Shown: positions 47,396-58,090, counted from the first letter of the stretch. The stretch: DNA of 64,000 nt from Candidatus Terraquivivens tengchongensis (GCA_023261845.1 JALNJZ010000001.1:96001-160000); one strand, 5' to 3'. The notes: generated from the letters alone by a model not told the origin. Made by a program: numbers and translations.

Positions 47396-48467
47396 TCAGG
47401 GTATTGAGATTGGTTCTTCCCATGGGAATAAGAATTTACATCCCAACAACTCCCAAGCTTGGTAATTTCCATCGATCATTGTAAGAATAAGTAACATTGC
47501 TGCCCAGATATTAGTGTTAATTTTACCTAGAATTGGCTTTTTAGAAATGTTTTCAGAAACGGCTTTAAGACCAATAGCTGCCATTATCATTGTAGCCGGA
47601 TACAATAGAATAGTAAGCCTGATATTCCCAATGAAGACAAACCATGGAATCGTTGTAGCAATTAGGATCAGTATCCAAGTTTTGAACACATGTTTTTCTT
47701 CAACACTAAGAAATCCTATGATAGCTAATATCCCCGGCACTCTATGGGCAAAGAATGCGAGCGAAATTGTTGTAAACGGGTTTAATGTTAACCACTCTGT
47801 CCAATTTGGTAATGTTATTTTGAAAAAATTTAACAACCACCAGCTGAGAGGTATGATTAATGCAGAAATCAAGAAAACTAACAATTGCTTAAAATTACGT
47901 CTCCATAAAGCATATAGCAAAGCAAACAAGCAGACTGAAAGGACCGTTTCTCGAGCAAGAATCCCAATCCCAACTAACCAACCACCTAAATAGGTATACT
48001 TATTTATGCCTCTTTTTGTGAAAGTTTGTAACACAAGTAGATAACCTAACAACGTAAAGGCCAAACCTGCTGCATCTGTTAGAATAGAGGGACCCCACAC
48101 AATTAGCGGGAAAGATGTTAACATCAATAACGCTGCATAAAAACCTGTCCGTTCATCAAATAATTGTTTAGTTAAAGCATAAATAGCTAATCCGGCAATT
48201 ATTAAAAAGACAGTATTAAGCATTGTATATATTATACGAAAGTCTATGGCAGGATATAACAATGAAGCAAGATATGGTATAAGAGGTCTTAGTAGCAGAC
48301 GATATTGCCCCCAATCAGACAATTTATTCAACTCTCCTTTAAAGAATAGCGATAACTCAATATATTGGGGGCTATCTATACTAAAAGGTACCAAAATGGG
48401 AAACAACCTCTATAAGAGTTATGCTGACAATACTACACCAAATAGAAATTCGTCTTAATGCTACCAT
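47396..48467 (-). pseudogene. GT-C glycosyltransferase (family 39/ArnT-PMT-like), AT-rich, apparent +1 frameshift near codon 28
   Basis: DSPQY, RPLIPYL, ILTD, ILARET motifs in 48406-47396; the N-terminal TM lies in an upstream frame (48467-48381). Confidence 0.6.
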
Positions 48468-48553
48468 GTCGGTGATTCTTGCTTTAAAACTTAATAATAA
48501 TTTTTACTTTGCATTTATTAACACTTATCTGTATCTATGTAAGATAATTTTTC

Positions 48554-49102
48554 ATGCCTCAACGCAACATCGAAGAAGAAAGTTTGCTTAGAGTCGCAGA
48601 ACTTATGGCTTTAAGTGCTCGAACTGCACCAAAAGCAAGAGGTATAGACTCAGTAAAGATAGCGATACTTACTGATGAGGAAAAGAATAGGCTTGCGGAT
48701 GAAATGGATAAGCTAGCGGACGAACTCGGACAGGCGTTCTTCAAGCGGGATGCGCAGAACGTGAGACAATCGTCGGTCGTTCTTTTGATTGCCGTGAAGG
48801 CCACAGAGCCGAAGCGGCTTGATTGTAGCGCATGCGGGTATAAGATGTGTAGCGATTTCGAGAAAGCACCAAAGAGTATGGGCAGAGCATATAGAGGACC
48901 TACGTGCGCAATGTATATCCTAGACCTCGGCATAGCTGCAGGATCTGCCGCAAAGACAGCAAGTATCCTTAACGCCGACAATAGGATAATGTACACTGTC
49001 GGCACAGCAGCGCTTAAGCTTGGCTTGATAGAAGGCGACGTTGCACTTGGAATACCGCTCTCGGCGACTGGAAAAAGCCCATACTTCGATAGAAAATTCT
49101 AA
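48554..49102 (+). CDS. DUF2148 / ferredoxin-domain-containing protein
   Basis: ARTAPKARG, DCSACG...C, GPTC...DLGIAAGSA, DNRIMYTVG. Confidence 0.88.
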   Translation: MPQRNIEEESLLRVAELMALSARTAPKARGIDSVKIAILTDEEKNRLADEMDKLADELGQAFFKRDAQNVRQSSVVLLIAVKATEPKRLDCSACGYKMCSDFEKAPKSMGRAYRGPTCAMYILDLGIAAGSAAKTASILNADNRIMYTVGTAALKLGLIEGDVALGIPLSATGKSPYFDRKF

Positions 49103-49122
49103 AACAATTATCAAAATTTTAT

Positions 49123-50340
49123 TTAAGTATGAGAAATCAGGTAAGTTCCTGATATGAACAACATCACAATTAATATCAAGCCAGTTATTGGATTCCAAGG
49201 CATATTATGAAGAAGTATAAAACTGGTAAGAAGGATAACAGTCCTAGTACGTATATGAGCGCTACTGATATAATCTGCCAGCAATAACATACTAAAAGGT
49301 ACAATATAGTAATGTCTTCCAACCCATTTACTAAAGAACAATTGTAGGAACAAAAGCCCTGCTATTAACTTATACATTTGGGATGAATTAATACCTGGCC
49401 TCCTCTTTATAATTAAAAAAGGGGTAAGTATTAAAATCAACGATAACATTACAGGGTTAGCGATTGACCTTAACATATTATAGTACGTATCATACCCATC
49501 CGAAATAAGCAGCGCTTTGCCTAACCAATCTAACAACTTCCAAACATTCTCGTTTAAAATCCTCCTTCTTTGTTCTGCACCTATGAATGTGTCGTAAAAG
49601 TTACAGTTTGGGTATTCTTGTTGACATTCAATATTCGCTAATATAAACGGGGTAAAAATGGTGACCACGGTCACTATGAAGATAACTAATGCTTTCATAA
49701 AGCTATGGATGTTAAAGTCTTTCTTTGAAATTAACAACATGCATGCAAAAGGGATTAGGGCAAAGATTGATGTTTGCTTTGTTAAGAAAGATAAGCCTAA
49801 TAAAAATCCGCCTAGGAATGGGTGCTTAACGATCGTGCTAAATCCTAGAAGCAAGAAGAATAACATAATGCCTTCTTGCTGACTTAAAAACCCGACTTTT
49901 TTAAAAATTCCAATAATTAACAACTCAATAGTTGCTACATAGTAGGACCTTTCTTGTTGATTAGCAACAAGATTATTACAAATCCTTTTAACAACGTAAG
50001 CTGCAAGTATATCAAATAATAAAATAGGCATACCGATAAGCGGAGGTGCGAGCTCCGGTATTTTTAAGAGGTCTGTTATAACAACAACCGGTGAAATGAT
50101 CAATGCAAACAAAGGTGGGTACAAATAAGCAGGCAGGTAATCTGGTGGCCCCCCCCATTTAATTGAATATATCTTCAACGATCCATCCAAAATTTTTCTA
50201 GAAGTTTCAACAAAACCTACAGCATCATCATAAAGAAACCAACCTGACAATCTTAAGTACGTTCCTAGCACCAAATAAAGTATGCTTGTCGTCCAAAAAA
50301 TTAGACTTCCTTTAGTTAAGAGTTTATGCAATCTACACAT
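49123..50340 (-). CDS. GT-C membrane glycosyltransferase (GT87/PIG-M-like), AT-rich
   Basis: YDD, YLYPPLF, LLFD, GLSFLTKQ; multiple TM segments. Confidence 0.7.
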   Translation of the reverse strand: MCRLHKLLTKGSLIFWTTSILYLVLGTYLRLSGWFLYDDAVGFVETSRKILDGSLKIYSIKWGGPPDYLPAYLYPPLFALIISPVVVITDLLKIPELAPPLIGMPILLFDILAAYVVKRICNNLVANQQERSYYVATIELLIIGIFKKVGFLSQQEGIMLFFLLLGFSTIVKHPFLGGFLLGLSFLTKQTSIFALIPFACMLLISKKDFNIHSFMKALVIFIVTVVTIFTPFILANIECQQEYPNCNFYDTFIGAEQRRRILNENVWKLLDWLGKALLISDGYDTYYNMLRSIANPVMLSLILILTPFLIIKRRPGINSSQMYKLIAGLLFLQLFFSKWVGRHYYIVPFSMLLLADYISSAHIRTRTVILLTSFILLHNMPWNPITGLILIVMLFISGTYLISHT

Positions 50341-50440
50341 ATACTTACCTTTTTACTTTAGGAGAGGCTTGTATAAATTTTTGAATATCAACATTATTTA
50401 AAATATTTTAAATTTTGCAATCCGCAACTTTCACGTAATT

Positions 50441-51991
50441 TTAGCAAGCCTCTATCGTGCTCGGTGGCTTCGAAGTCGTGGCGTAGGCTACCATCGTTAC
50501 GTTACCTACTTCGTTCACTATCCTTTTTGAGATTCTGTCAAGCAAATCCATATCTGGTCTGTACCAGTCTGCCGTCATCCCGTCCTCGCTCTCGACAGCC
50601 CTCACTATGACAACATAGCCCTCAGCCCTAGTGTCACCCATCACACCCGTCCATGAACTGTCTGTTACTACAGCGAACGCCTGCCAAACCTTATCGTAAA
50701 CTCCGGCTTTCTTGAACTCTTCCTCGACTATTGCGTTAGACTCCCTGCATATCCTGAGCTTTTCTTCAGTGACCTCGCCGATTATTCTGACGGCCAGCCC
50801 AGGCCCTGGGAATGGATGACGCGAGACGATCTCTTCGGGTATGCCAAGCCTTCTGGCAACCTCCCTAACCTCATCCTTGTAAAGGTCCCTAAGGGGTTCC
50901 ACGAGCTTTAACTTCAGATCCGCAGGTAGGCCAGCAACATTGTGGTGTGTCTTGATGAGAGCGGAACCAGTACCTGCGGAGCCACTCTCTATCCTGTCTG
51001 GATAGATCGTTCCTTGAGCCAGCCAACTGATTTTTGGTATCTTTGAGGCCTCTTCTTCAAAAATCTTTGCGAATTCCTCACCGATTATCTTCCTTTTCTC
51101 CTCCGGGTCCTTCACACCCCTGAGCCTTGACAAGAACCTTTCTGCTGCCCTTACGAAGATGAGGTTAGTTATACCCATACGTCTTAAAGTTGAGACGACT
51201 TGTTCGGGCTCATCCTTCCTCATTAAGCCATGGTCCACGAATATGCAGTATAACCTCTTGCCGAGTATCCTGTTGAGTAGGACGGCGGTCGTGACAGAGT
51301 CAACGCCTCCGCTGACCGCGCAGATCACGCACTCATCTGGAGGAATGGTCGCGGCTATTTCCTTGCTCAGCTCCTCGACCCTATCCATGGGTCTCCAGTC
51401 GCACCTGAAGCGACAGACATCCGCCAAGAACCTCTTGAGTATACTTTTGCCCATCTGCGTGTGCTTGACCTCAGGATGGAACTGGACCCCATAGATTGGC
51501 CTTTCGGCATGTCTCATTGCGGCCACGGCACCCCTCTCCGTAAGTGCCAAGACCTTAAAGCCGGGCGGTTGCTTCACCACAGAATCCATGTGGCTCATCC
51601 ATACAACGAACTGCTCAGGAACGTCCATGAACAACACATCCCGCTCGACAACTCTGACGTAGGTCTTGCCATACTCCATGATTGTGCCGCGTTCGAGCTC
51701 TCCATTAAAAGCCGCTGCGATGAGCTGATGACCATAGCATATGCCGAGTACGGGTACCTGGACATTCAATAAATCCTCGGCCGAGAGTCTAGGAGCGTCA
51801 GGCTCGTCAAAGCTTCGAGGGCCTCCAGACAGTATTATACCAAGGGTCTCGTGAGCTCCAGAAAATACCTCTCTGAGAGGCATAGTGGATGGTATTATCT
51901 CAGAATATACGCCGAGCTCCCTGCACCTCCTGGCTATTAGGTGCGTGTACTGCCCGCCAAAGTCTATTATCGCTACTCTTTGTGGCCTCAT
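50441..51991 (-). CDS. guaA: GMP synthase (glutamine-hydrolysing), fused
   Basis: GICYGHQ, QFHPEV, SGGVDS, IKTHHN, KPPSTIE. Confidence 0.97.
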   Translation of the reverse strand: MRPQRVAIIDFGGQYTHLIARRCRELGVYSEIIPSTMPLREVFSGAHETLGIILSGGPRSFDEPDAPRLSAEDLLNVQVPVLGICYGHQLIAAAFNGELERGTIMEYGKTYVRVVERDVLFMDVPEQFVVWMSHMDSVVKQPPGFKVLALTERGAVAAMRHAERPIYGVQFHPEVKHTQMGKSILKRFLADVCRFRCDWRPMDRVEELSKEIAATIPPDECVICAVSGGVDSVTTAVLLNRILGKRLYCIFVDHGLMRKDEPEQVVSTLRRMGITNLIFVRAAERFLSRLRGVKDPEEKRKIIGEEFAKIFEEEASKIPKISWLAQGTIYPDRIESGSAGTGSALIKTHHNVAGLPADLKLKLVEPLRDLYKDEVREVARRLGIPEEIVSRHPFPGPGLAVRIIGEVTEEKLRICRESNAIVEEEFKKAGVYDKVWQAFAVVTDSSWTGVMGDTRAEGYVVIVRAVESEDGMTADWYRPDMDLLDRISKRIVNEVGNVTMVAYATTSKPPSTIEAC

Positions 51992-52173
51992 ATTCCTACC
52001 TTACTCGGCTAAAAGCATCGTAAGCGCATGAATTAAATCTGTCTCTTACACGATGCCGGATGATTAAACGGTATTAAAGGAAGACCTCTTATATCACCAA
52101 ATACGGCAACTGGTCTTTTAGCGCTAAATTTTAAGAGTACCCGTATATGTTTAAAGCTTGTCAAACTTTGGAC

Positions 52174-52246
52174 GGGCCGGTAGTCTAGCGGCTATGACGC
52201 TGCCCTTACGAGGCAGAGGTCGTGGGTTCGAGTCCCACCCGGCCCA
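52174..52246 (+). tRNA. tRNA-Val(TAC), intronless
   Basis: GGGCCGG/CCGGCCC, CTGCC-CTTACGA-GGCAG, GTTCGAGTC. Confidence 0.96.
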
Positions 52247-52514
52247 CCTAAATTTTAAGCGAGTTCTTAAAGACGCAAACTCATACAAATCTGCAACAGC
52301 GTACGTTGAGCGGTCATTTTTCACTCAACAAGCACGTGTAGGATGCGATAATACGTCCTTATATTAAAGATGATCAAAATACCCGAAAATTCTGAAAAGG
52401 TCGAATTTTACGTATTAGCAATTGATAATGTTGGAAATTATGAAAACACAAGAGTTTATGCCTACCACATACACAAATGAATACGAGATAGGTTCAAGAC
52501 CTGTACCAAACCTC

Positions 52515-52826
52515 TTATATGAGCTGATCGACGACGTGCTTTACGAGTGCATCCATGAAATCCTTGTCAATCATGTCAATTATGTTGAATATGGCCGGGT
52601 TGTTTACGGAATAAAATCTTTTGTTCCTTTCTTTCCTGTCTACAACAATCCCACATCTCTTCAGGATTGCTAAATGCCTAGAAACTACTGGCTGAGTTAT
52701 TCCGACATACGAAACGATCTCACAGACACACTTTTCTCCGCTACGCAGGCATTCAAGAATTTTAAGCCTTATAGGATCTGAGAGAGCTCTGAAGATTCTA
52801 GCCTTAAATTTTTCTAGATCTCTCAT
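52515..52826 (-). CDS. ArsR/SmtB family repressor
   Basis: FRALSDPIRLKIL...EKCVCEI...QPVVSRHL. Confidence 0.93.
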   Translation of the reverse strand: MRDLEKFKARIFRALSDPIRLKILECLRSGEKCVCEIVSYVGITQPVVSRHLAILKRCGIVVDRKERNKRFYSVNNPAIFNIIDMIDKDFMDALVKHVVDQLI

Positions 52827-52845
52827 CTTTCAAACATACAAAACT

Positions 52846-52875
52846 TTTATAGCAATATTTAAATATTGCTATAAA
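52846..52875. promoter_or_regulatory. Perfect 30-bp palindrome, probable ArsR operator/divergent promoter
   Basis: TTTATAGCAATATTTAAATATTGCTATAAA. Confidence 0.8.
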
Positions 52876-52895
52876 CCGTATTTTTTCGAGCGTTT

Positions 52896-53681
52896 ATGGA
52901 AGCGTTTTTTATAATCATTTTGATGATCTTTGGTTTGCTCGCAGGAATTCTTGGAGGATTCTTGGGAACTGGCGGATGTGTTGTAATGCTTCCGGCCCTA
53001 TACTTTCTCTTTAATTACAACTTACCTGTAGCCATTGGTACGACAATTACTGCAGTCATAATAACGGCAACATCGGGCTCAATGGCCCACATAAAGATAA
53101 GAAACGTAGATTATAAAACCGCAATAATTATAGCCACGTCAGGTGCGGTAGGTGCATTGCTCGGTTCAATTGTTTTCCAATATCTAGTAGAACAGCTGTC
53201 ACTACTGAAGTTCATCCTAGGAGCGGCATTCCTATACGTCTCTCTAAGGATGATATATGAAGGTGGCATCAGGAGAAGGGTTGAGGCAAAAACTGGAAAT
53301 ATCGTTCCTGGAAGCGCTTTAGTCAAATCATTGATAGGGCTTGTCATAGGAGTGTTGACAGGTATCGTTGGTTTAGGAGGCGGGTACGCTTTAGTTCCTT
53401 CAATGATATATCTTCTCGAATCACCTGTTAAGATAGCTGTCGGAACATCTTTAGCTTCATTCATAAGCATGGCAGTCATTTCAGGAGTGTTCAAGATATA
53501 TCAGGGATTGGTAGATGTTGTTGCCGCGTTATCACTTGGAGCTGGAACGGCAATAGGAGCGCAAATAGGTTCAAGACTCGTACCAAAGGTTCCAGCTTCA
53601 TATATAAAGCTGGTCTTCGGTGTTGTTTTCCTATACGTTTCCTTAAAGTTCATCTTAAGTGTTTTCGGAATAACTATCTAA
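52896..53681 (+). CDS. TauE/SafE (TSUP) family permease
   Basis: GFLGTGGC and GIVGLGGG repeats, AVGTSL; about 8 TM segments. Confidence 0.9.
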   Translation: MEAFFIIILMIFGLLAGILGGFLGTGGCVVMLPALYFLFNYNLPVAIGTTITAVIITATSGSMAHIKIRNVDYKTAIIIATSGAVGALLGSIVFQYLVEQLSLLKFILGAAFLYVSLRMIYEGGIRRRVEAKTGNIVPGSALVKSLIGLVIGVLTGIVGLGGGYALVPSMIYLLESPVKIAVGTSLASFISMAVISGVFKIYQGLVDVVAALSLGAGTAIGAQIGSRLVPKVPASYIKLVFGVVFLYVSLKFILSVFGITI

Positions 53682-53780
53682 CAAAAAGGATGGGCGTCCT
53701 TACTTCTTAACGCTCGTTCCAATACCAGCATAGCGTACATGTTATGGTTAGCAGCACGTATGTGTTGGTATGTATATCCA

Positions 53781-54311
53781 TTAAGCAAGACGCATAACTT
53801 TCTTTTCTCTCGCTGATGGAATCACCTTAATCTTTGCATTCTCGAACTCTATGTAGAATTCACGATGCTGTTGGAGCCAGTCAAGGAAAACGGCCAGAGC
53901 AGCAACCTCGGATATTGGCTGGTTCGTCACAGACACATTCCACGTTGCCATCTCGTAGACCTTTCTCGGCACCTTCTCAGAACCAACGATTATTAGTTTA
54001 TCCCTGTTGGATGACCTTATCTCCTCGATGACCTCGGGTAACGGAAGCCCGTACATGGTTAGGTGTACTACTTCCCCTCCAGATTCGAGCCATTCTTTTA
54101 TAACCTTAGTCCAGTCTCGTTTCATCTCAACGAAGAACTTACCACCGAACCTCTGCACCACATCCTCCACTGATCGTTTCACGCCTTCATCAGGTTGTCC
54201 CGAGATAATAACACCATCACAGCCGAATGCCCTAGCGGTTAGGCAAACGTGTGTTGTAACCCTTTCGTCTCTGTGTATCCTATGACCCAGCCTCAGAATA
54301 ACCAGCTTCAT
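53781..54311 (-). CDS. trm56: tRNA (cytidine56-2'-O)-methyltransferase
   Basis: LRLGHR..RD.RVTTHV.LTARAFG, VHLTMYG, GSEKVP, SEVAALAVFLD. Confidence 0.95.
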   Translation of the reverse strand: MKLVILRLGHRIHRDERVTTHVCLTARAFGCDGVIISGQPDEGVKRSVEDVVQRFGGKFFVEMKRDWTKVIKEWLESGGEVVHLTMYGLPLPEVIEEIRSSNRDKLIIVGSEKVPRKVYEMATWNVSVTNQPISEVAALAVFLDWLQQHREFYIEFENAKIKVIPSAREKKVMRLA

Positions 54312-54334
54312 ATAATTTTGATGTAAAAGGTGAA

Positions 54335-54850
54335 CTAAATCGATTTTTCTAGAATTTGGAGCTTTTGTTTAATCGCATCTATCAACTTGCTATTATCATA
54401 GTAGTTCAGCATATTACCGCATACTGGACACTTGAATAGCTTGTCAACAGCTTCCTCGAAAGCATACTTTCTGCAACCCTTTGTACCGCAATAGTAGAAC
54501 TGATGAGTTTGCTCGTACTCCAGCTTAGTCTTAAGCCTCTCGATCATTCTCCTAATCTGGGTTTTTATGTAACCTAGGACCTGGTCCTGCTGAACCTTCC
54601 ACCTAAACACCCTATGTCCCGTGTCCTTATCCTTTGCTACATCGTACGTGAGAAGCGAGTAGTCAATGAGCTTGTGGAGGATCCTTCTTACGTCCTTAAC
54701 GTTCATTCCTAAAGCAGACGCTATCTCCTCATCGCTCTTAGATGGGTTCTTCATTAGAAATTTCACTATGTTGACCGCATCCTCGCCGCCGACCAGTCTC
54801 ATGACTTCAAGAACAACATCTTCATCAACTATTAGTAAGAAGTCCGGCAC
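54335..54850 (-). CDS. tfe: Transcription factor E (TFE alpha)
   Basis: wHTH SDEEIA...VRRILHKL, Zn ribbon YC...FEEA...FKCPVCG; start uncertain. Confidence 0.92.
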   Translation of the reverse strand: MPDFLLIVDEDVVLEVMRLVGGEDAVNIVKFLMKNPSKSDEEIASALGMNVKDVRRILHKLIDYSLLTYDVAKDKDTGHRVFRWKVQQDQVLGYIKTQIRRMIERLKTKLEYEQTHQFYYCGTKGCRKYAFEEAVDKLFKCPVCGNMLNYYDNSKLIDAIKQKLQILEKSI

Positions 54851-55005
54851 CCTCCAAATACGTATAATATGTACAAAAATATAAAGCAATCGTTGGAAGC
54901 ATGAATAACACGTAAAAAAGGATGTTTGTATAGCCTTGATATTTTACACTAACCAACAAATGACGGGAACATTTACTGCTTTAGGGTACGACTTTTTATT
55001 AATTT

Positions 55006-56328
55006 TTAATCAAAAGGTGACGCGTACAGCTTTTTGGCAATCTCGTAAAGCTGCAATTCCTTCATCTTCTTCACGGGTACAGGTAACGTTACTTGAACTA
55101 CGCCCGGTAGCCTACCTATTTCTACGGCACCGGCCATGGTCACTCTGTTCCTCACTTCGTCCACAGACATTCCGAATAATTCAGAGGCTCTCGAAAAACT
55201 CGTCTCAGCAGCTTTATTTATGTTCGGACCTGTTCCTATAACCTGAACTGGTAACCATGGTTCTGGTTCTAAACCGTACTCGTTCGCTAACCTCTTAACA
55301 AGCATCCACTCTTCAGCACACAACGGCCTAGATAGCGGTGGTAGGTCTTCAGGCGGCGGGAATAGAAGAGGCCCTTTTAAGTTCAGACCTTTTATTACAT
55401 CCACCCTCACCTTAACCTCGGCTGAGATATCCGTTGTATGCCCGGCTACCTCACCATCTCCTTGCTGGGCATGTACATCACCAGCATAGACGCCAGCACC
55501 GTCCAGTTTCACTGGTGCGATAAGTACTGCGCCTTCCCTCACAGAGTCTATGTCGAGGTGTCCGTCCGTTATACACTCCCTGTACTGCTGCTCGGTTATC
55601 GCGTATTTATGAGGTGCACCTATAAGGAATGTGCCAAAGTCTCCAGCATTATGAGAATCAGGTATGTCAATGCTTGGTGTCGTTCCAAGCTGGCCGAGGA
55701 ATGGTCTTAGCCTCGTAGGGAGACCTACTAAGTCAGCTTTCGCTGCAATTACTATTGGGAACTGCTTCGAGTTCCTTGGTATGTCCATCCAAGCATAACC
55801 ATCAGCCGCAAGCCGTCTTGCCATATCCTCCCCAATAGTTACACCGAAACATCTACGCTCATCAAAGATGATTGTGTAACCATTAACCATCCTAAATGGA
55901 GAGGAGGGTGAACCACACTTTTCGCATCTTATTGCCTCCAAACCTATGCCTTCAAGTCTTGATTTCGGCCAAGGTTCACCACAATTTGGACACTTCTTTG
56001 CCACAAAAGGATCTCCGACATAAGCACCGTTAACTGGCTTGTCCGTTCCAGAGGATGTTGCTTTAGACCTAACCCTTATGGATTCAATGTTTATAGCCAC
56101 GGCATCGCCGACGTTTGCGCCCTCGATTGCCACAGGAATGTTAACTTCATGGCCTCCTCGTATAGTCGGCGTGATCATCGGACCCCAACACCCTGGTGTC
56201 GTTATGTAGATTATTAGACCGCCATTTTTGACTGGCCCCAGCATCTTTACGCTTGGTCCTATAATTCCATCTGTAAACTTATCGTTCAGTAAAACATCCA
56301 ATACCTTCTGTGCACCTTTCTCGCACAA
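55006..56328 (-). CDS. Acetamidase/formamidase family protein
   Basis: PGCWGPMITP, GGHEV, GDVHAQQGDGEVAGH. Confidence 0.88.
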   Translation of the reverse strand: MCEKGAQKVLDVLLNDKFTDGIIGPSVKMLGPVKNGGLIIYITTPGCWGPMITPTIRGGHEVNIPVAIEGANVGDAVAINIESIRVRSKATSSGTDKPVNGAYVGDPFVAKKCPNCGEPWPKSRLEGIGLEAIRCEKCGSPSSPFRMVNGYTIIFDERRCFGVTIGEDMARRLAADGYAWMDIPRNSKQFPIVIAAKADLVGLPTRLRPFLGQLGTTPSIDIPDSHNAGDFGTFLIGAPHKYAITEQQYRECITDGHLDIDSVREGAVLIAPVKLDGAGVYAGDVHAQQGDGEVAGHTTDISAEVKVRVDVIKGLNLKGPLLFPPPEDLPPLSRPLCAEEWMLVKRLANEYGLEPEPWLPVQVIGTGPNINKAAETSFSRASELFGMSVDEVRNRVTMAGAVEIGRLPGVVQVTLPVPVKKMKELQLYEIAKKLYASPFD

Positions 56329-56414
56329 ATGATTTCGTTAATATTGTTGTTGGCATTATTTATTTAAAACTTGCTAAAGTTTTTCGGCAAGCTCTCCCGA
56401 TTGGTTCGTTTAGA

Positions 56415-57152
56415 ATGGTCGCCATACCTATAGCCGAGAGGACTTGGAGAAAGGACTGTTCGAAGGTTCTGGCAGATATGAACTCTTGGTTACGCATACT
56501 ATTGGAGAAGGCCGATACACAGGCTTCAGTTGAGTTTAATGATGACGGGTGGTTTGTCGTTAAAGGTGAAGGTACGAAATTTACGCTTAGTTTGTTGAAT
56601 AATATTTGTTATTATCCCGTATCCGTCGGGCAGGGAGAGGAAAAAACCTCAAAGGTTTCTGGCCTTGATTCATCCAAAACAATCCACGTAATATACCCAG
56701 ACGAAGACGGTAGAACTTCAACCGTTACGATACCTGTTAAGGAACTTATGGCGCGATTGAGGGTAAGAAAGATAGGACGGGGCGAGTTCATCAGGACGTT
56801 TGGTATAGTTGAAAGACTACCTATAAGCATCCTTCCCATGAGGGGGACCATTTCAGACCTTTCTGTTAATTTTTTCATTGATTTTATTAGAGGTGGGTTA
56901 GATATCGTCCTAGCTCTGGACCTTACACCGATCGAAGCTGATGAGTTCATGGATTCAAAGGAAGTTAGCGATAACGTAGTTGAGATGAAAACGCTCACGC
57001 CCCTTAGCTATGCTTTTTTAGTTAAGCTAGGCGTTGAGCCGTCTAGTGTAAAGGCACTATTATCTGAGTTTGCAAAATCCATTGGAGCTAGGCCGCTTAT
57101 GCTCATACTCAGATGGGAAGAAGCTGCAAGCGTGTTCGCTTCTAAACGGTAA
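56415..57152 (+). CDS. DUF2110-like conserved archaeal protein
   Basis: Recalled sequence pattern and proximity to tfe/trm56; probable start ATG 56415. Confidence 0.55.
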   Translation: MVAIPIAERTWRKDCSKVLADMNSWLRILLEKADTQASVEFNDDGWFVVKGEGTKFTLSLLNNICYYPVSVGQGEEKTSKVSGLDSSKTIHVIYPDEDGRTSTVTIPVKELMARLRVRKIGRGEFIRTFGIVERLPISILPMRGTISDLSVNFFIDFIRGGLDIVLALDLTPIEADEFMDSKEVSDNVVEMKTLTPLSYAFLVKLGVEPSSVKALLSEFAKSIGARPLMLILRWEEAASVFASKR

Positions 57153-57219
57153 ACGTTTGGTATATTAGTTAAAAAATTTTATATAAAAACAAACAAAAAG
57201 TATCTTTACGTGAACGTAC

Positions 57220-58038
57220 TTGAGTAAGCGTTTGTGCTTACCATTGTTCGTATTTAGGCACGGTAGAAGAACAACGACGCTCAACTTCATCTTAAGGGAC
57301 GTACCGGGTACACTTGCCAAAATTTTTAACGCCATATATGCTAGAAATATCAACGTTATTGGTTGCATAACAAGCGCCACGTCAGAAGAAGGCAGGGGCA
57401 CATTCTGTGCAGTTTACTTGGATGTCACAGATGTTCCGGTTTCTGAATTTAAAAATTTAATAAATGAGTTTAAAAGTATGGAGGAAGTTCATTACGTTGA
57501 TTATAATGAATTCGATGTAGACTCCATAGGTTCTGCAGCTTTCTCGCAATATTACGAAGAACTCTGCATATATGATAAAAGTGCTGTAATTTTCACGCAT
57601 GCTCACCTGAAGGGGTTATTTAATGGTCTCTATGAAAAGTTTAAGGATGGTGCGGCAGTTTTCCTGTATCATTTAGGCTTAACCGTAGGAGAATTTCTGG
57701 CAAATACCTACAAACCGTTGTTAGATAATGGAGCATCGCCAAAAACTTTACTAGAGCTTGCACTACAAACAGGAAAGGTATTTGGTTGGTTTTCAAAGTA
57801 TGAGCTTGACATTATCTCGAAAGATGAGTTTTATGTCAAAATATGGAAGAGTGTCGAGTGTACTTTTCTGTCAGGTGTTGCAAATGGACCAGCTGGCAAC
57901 CTACGCAGGGGCATTTTGGCAGGCTACATGTCAACGTTGTTCGGCGGAGAATGGACCGTGAACGAAGTTGAGTGCATAAATGCTGGAAATGATAGGTGCA
58001 CCTTTCATGTAAAGAAGGAAAAACCTTCTTTACCGTGA
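57220..58038 (+). CDS. ACT domain plus V4R domain protein
   Basis: DVPGTLAKIF...NINV ACT motif; SVEC...RGILAG...EVECINAGNDRCTF. Confidence 0.88.
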   Translation: MSKRLCLPLFVFRHGRRTTTLNFILRDVPGTLAKIFNAIYARNINVIGCITSATSEEGRGTFCAVYLDVTDVPVSEFKNLINEFKSMEEVHYVDYNEFDVDSIGSAAFSQYYEELCIYDKSAVIFTHAHLKGLFNGLYEKFKDGAAVFLYHLGLTVGEFLANTYKPLLDNGASPKTLLELALQTGKVFGWFSKYELDIISKDEFYVKIWKSVECTFLSGVANGPAGNLRRGILAGYMSTLFGGEWTVNEVECINAGNDRCTFHVKKEKPSLP

Positions 58039-58090
58039 TACTTCATCAAACGTATATTAATATGTAAATTCTCGGCTAAGGTGACGTGCA

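Noticed and set aside
52422-52673. 83-aa plus-strand ORF after tRNA-Val
   Set aside because: Mostly antisense to the ArsR gene and has no recognisable features.
53682-53780. Imperfect hairpins between convergent tauE and trm56 (possible H/ACA RNA)
   Set aside because: Pairings depend on many G-U pairs, with no clear k-turn or ACA placement.
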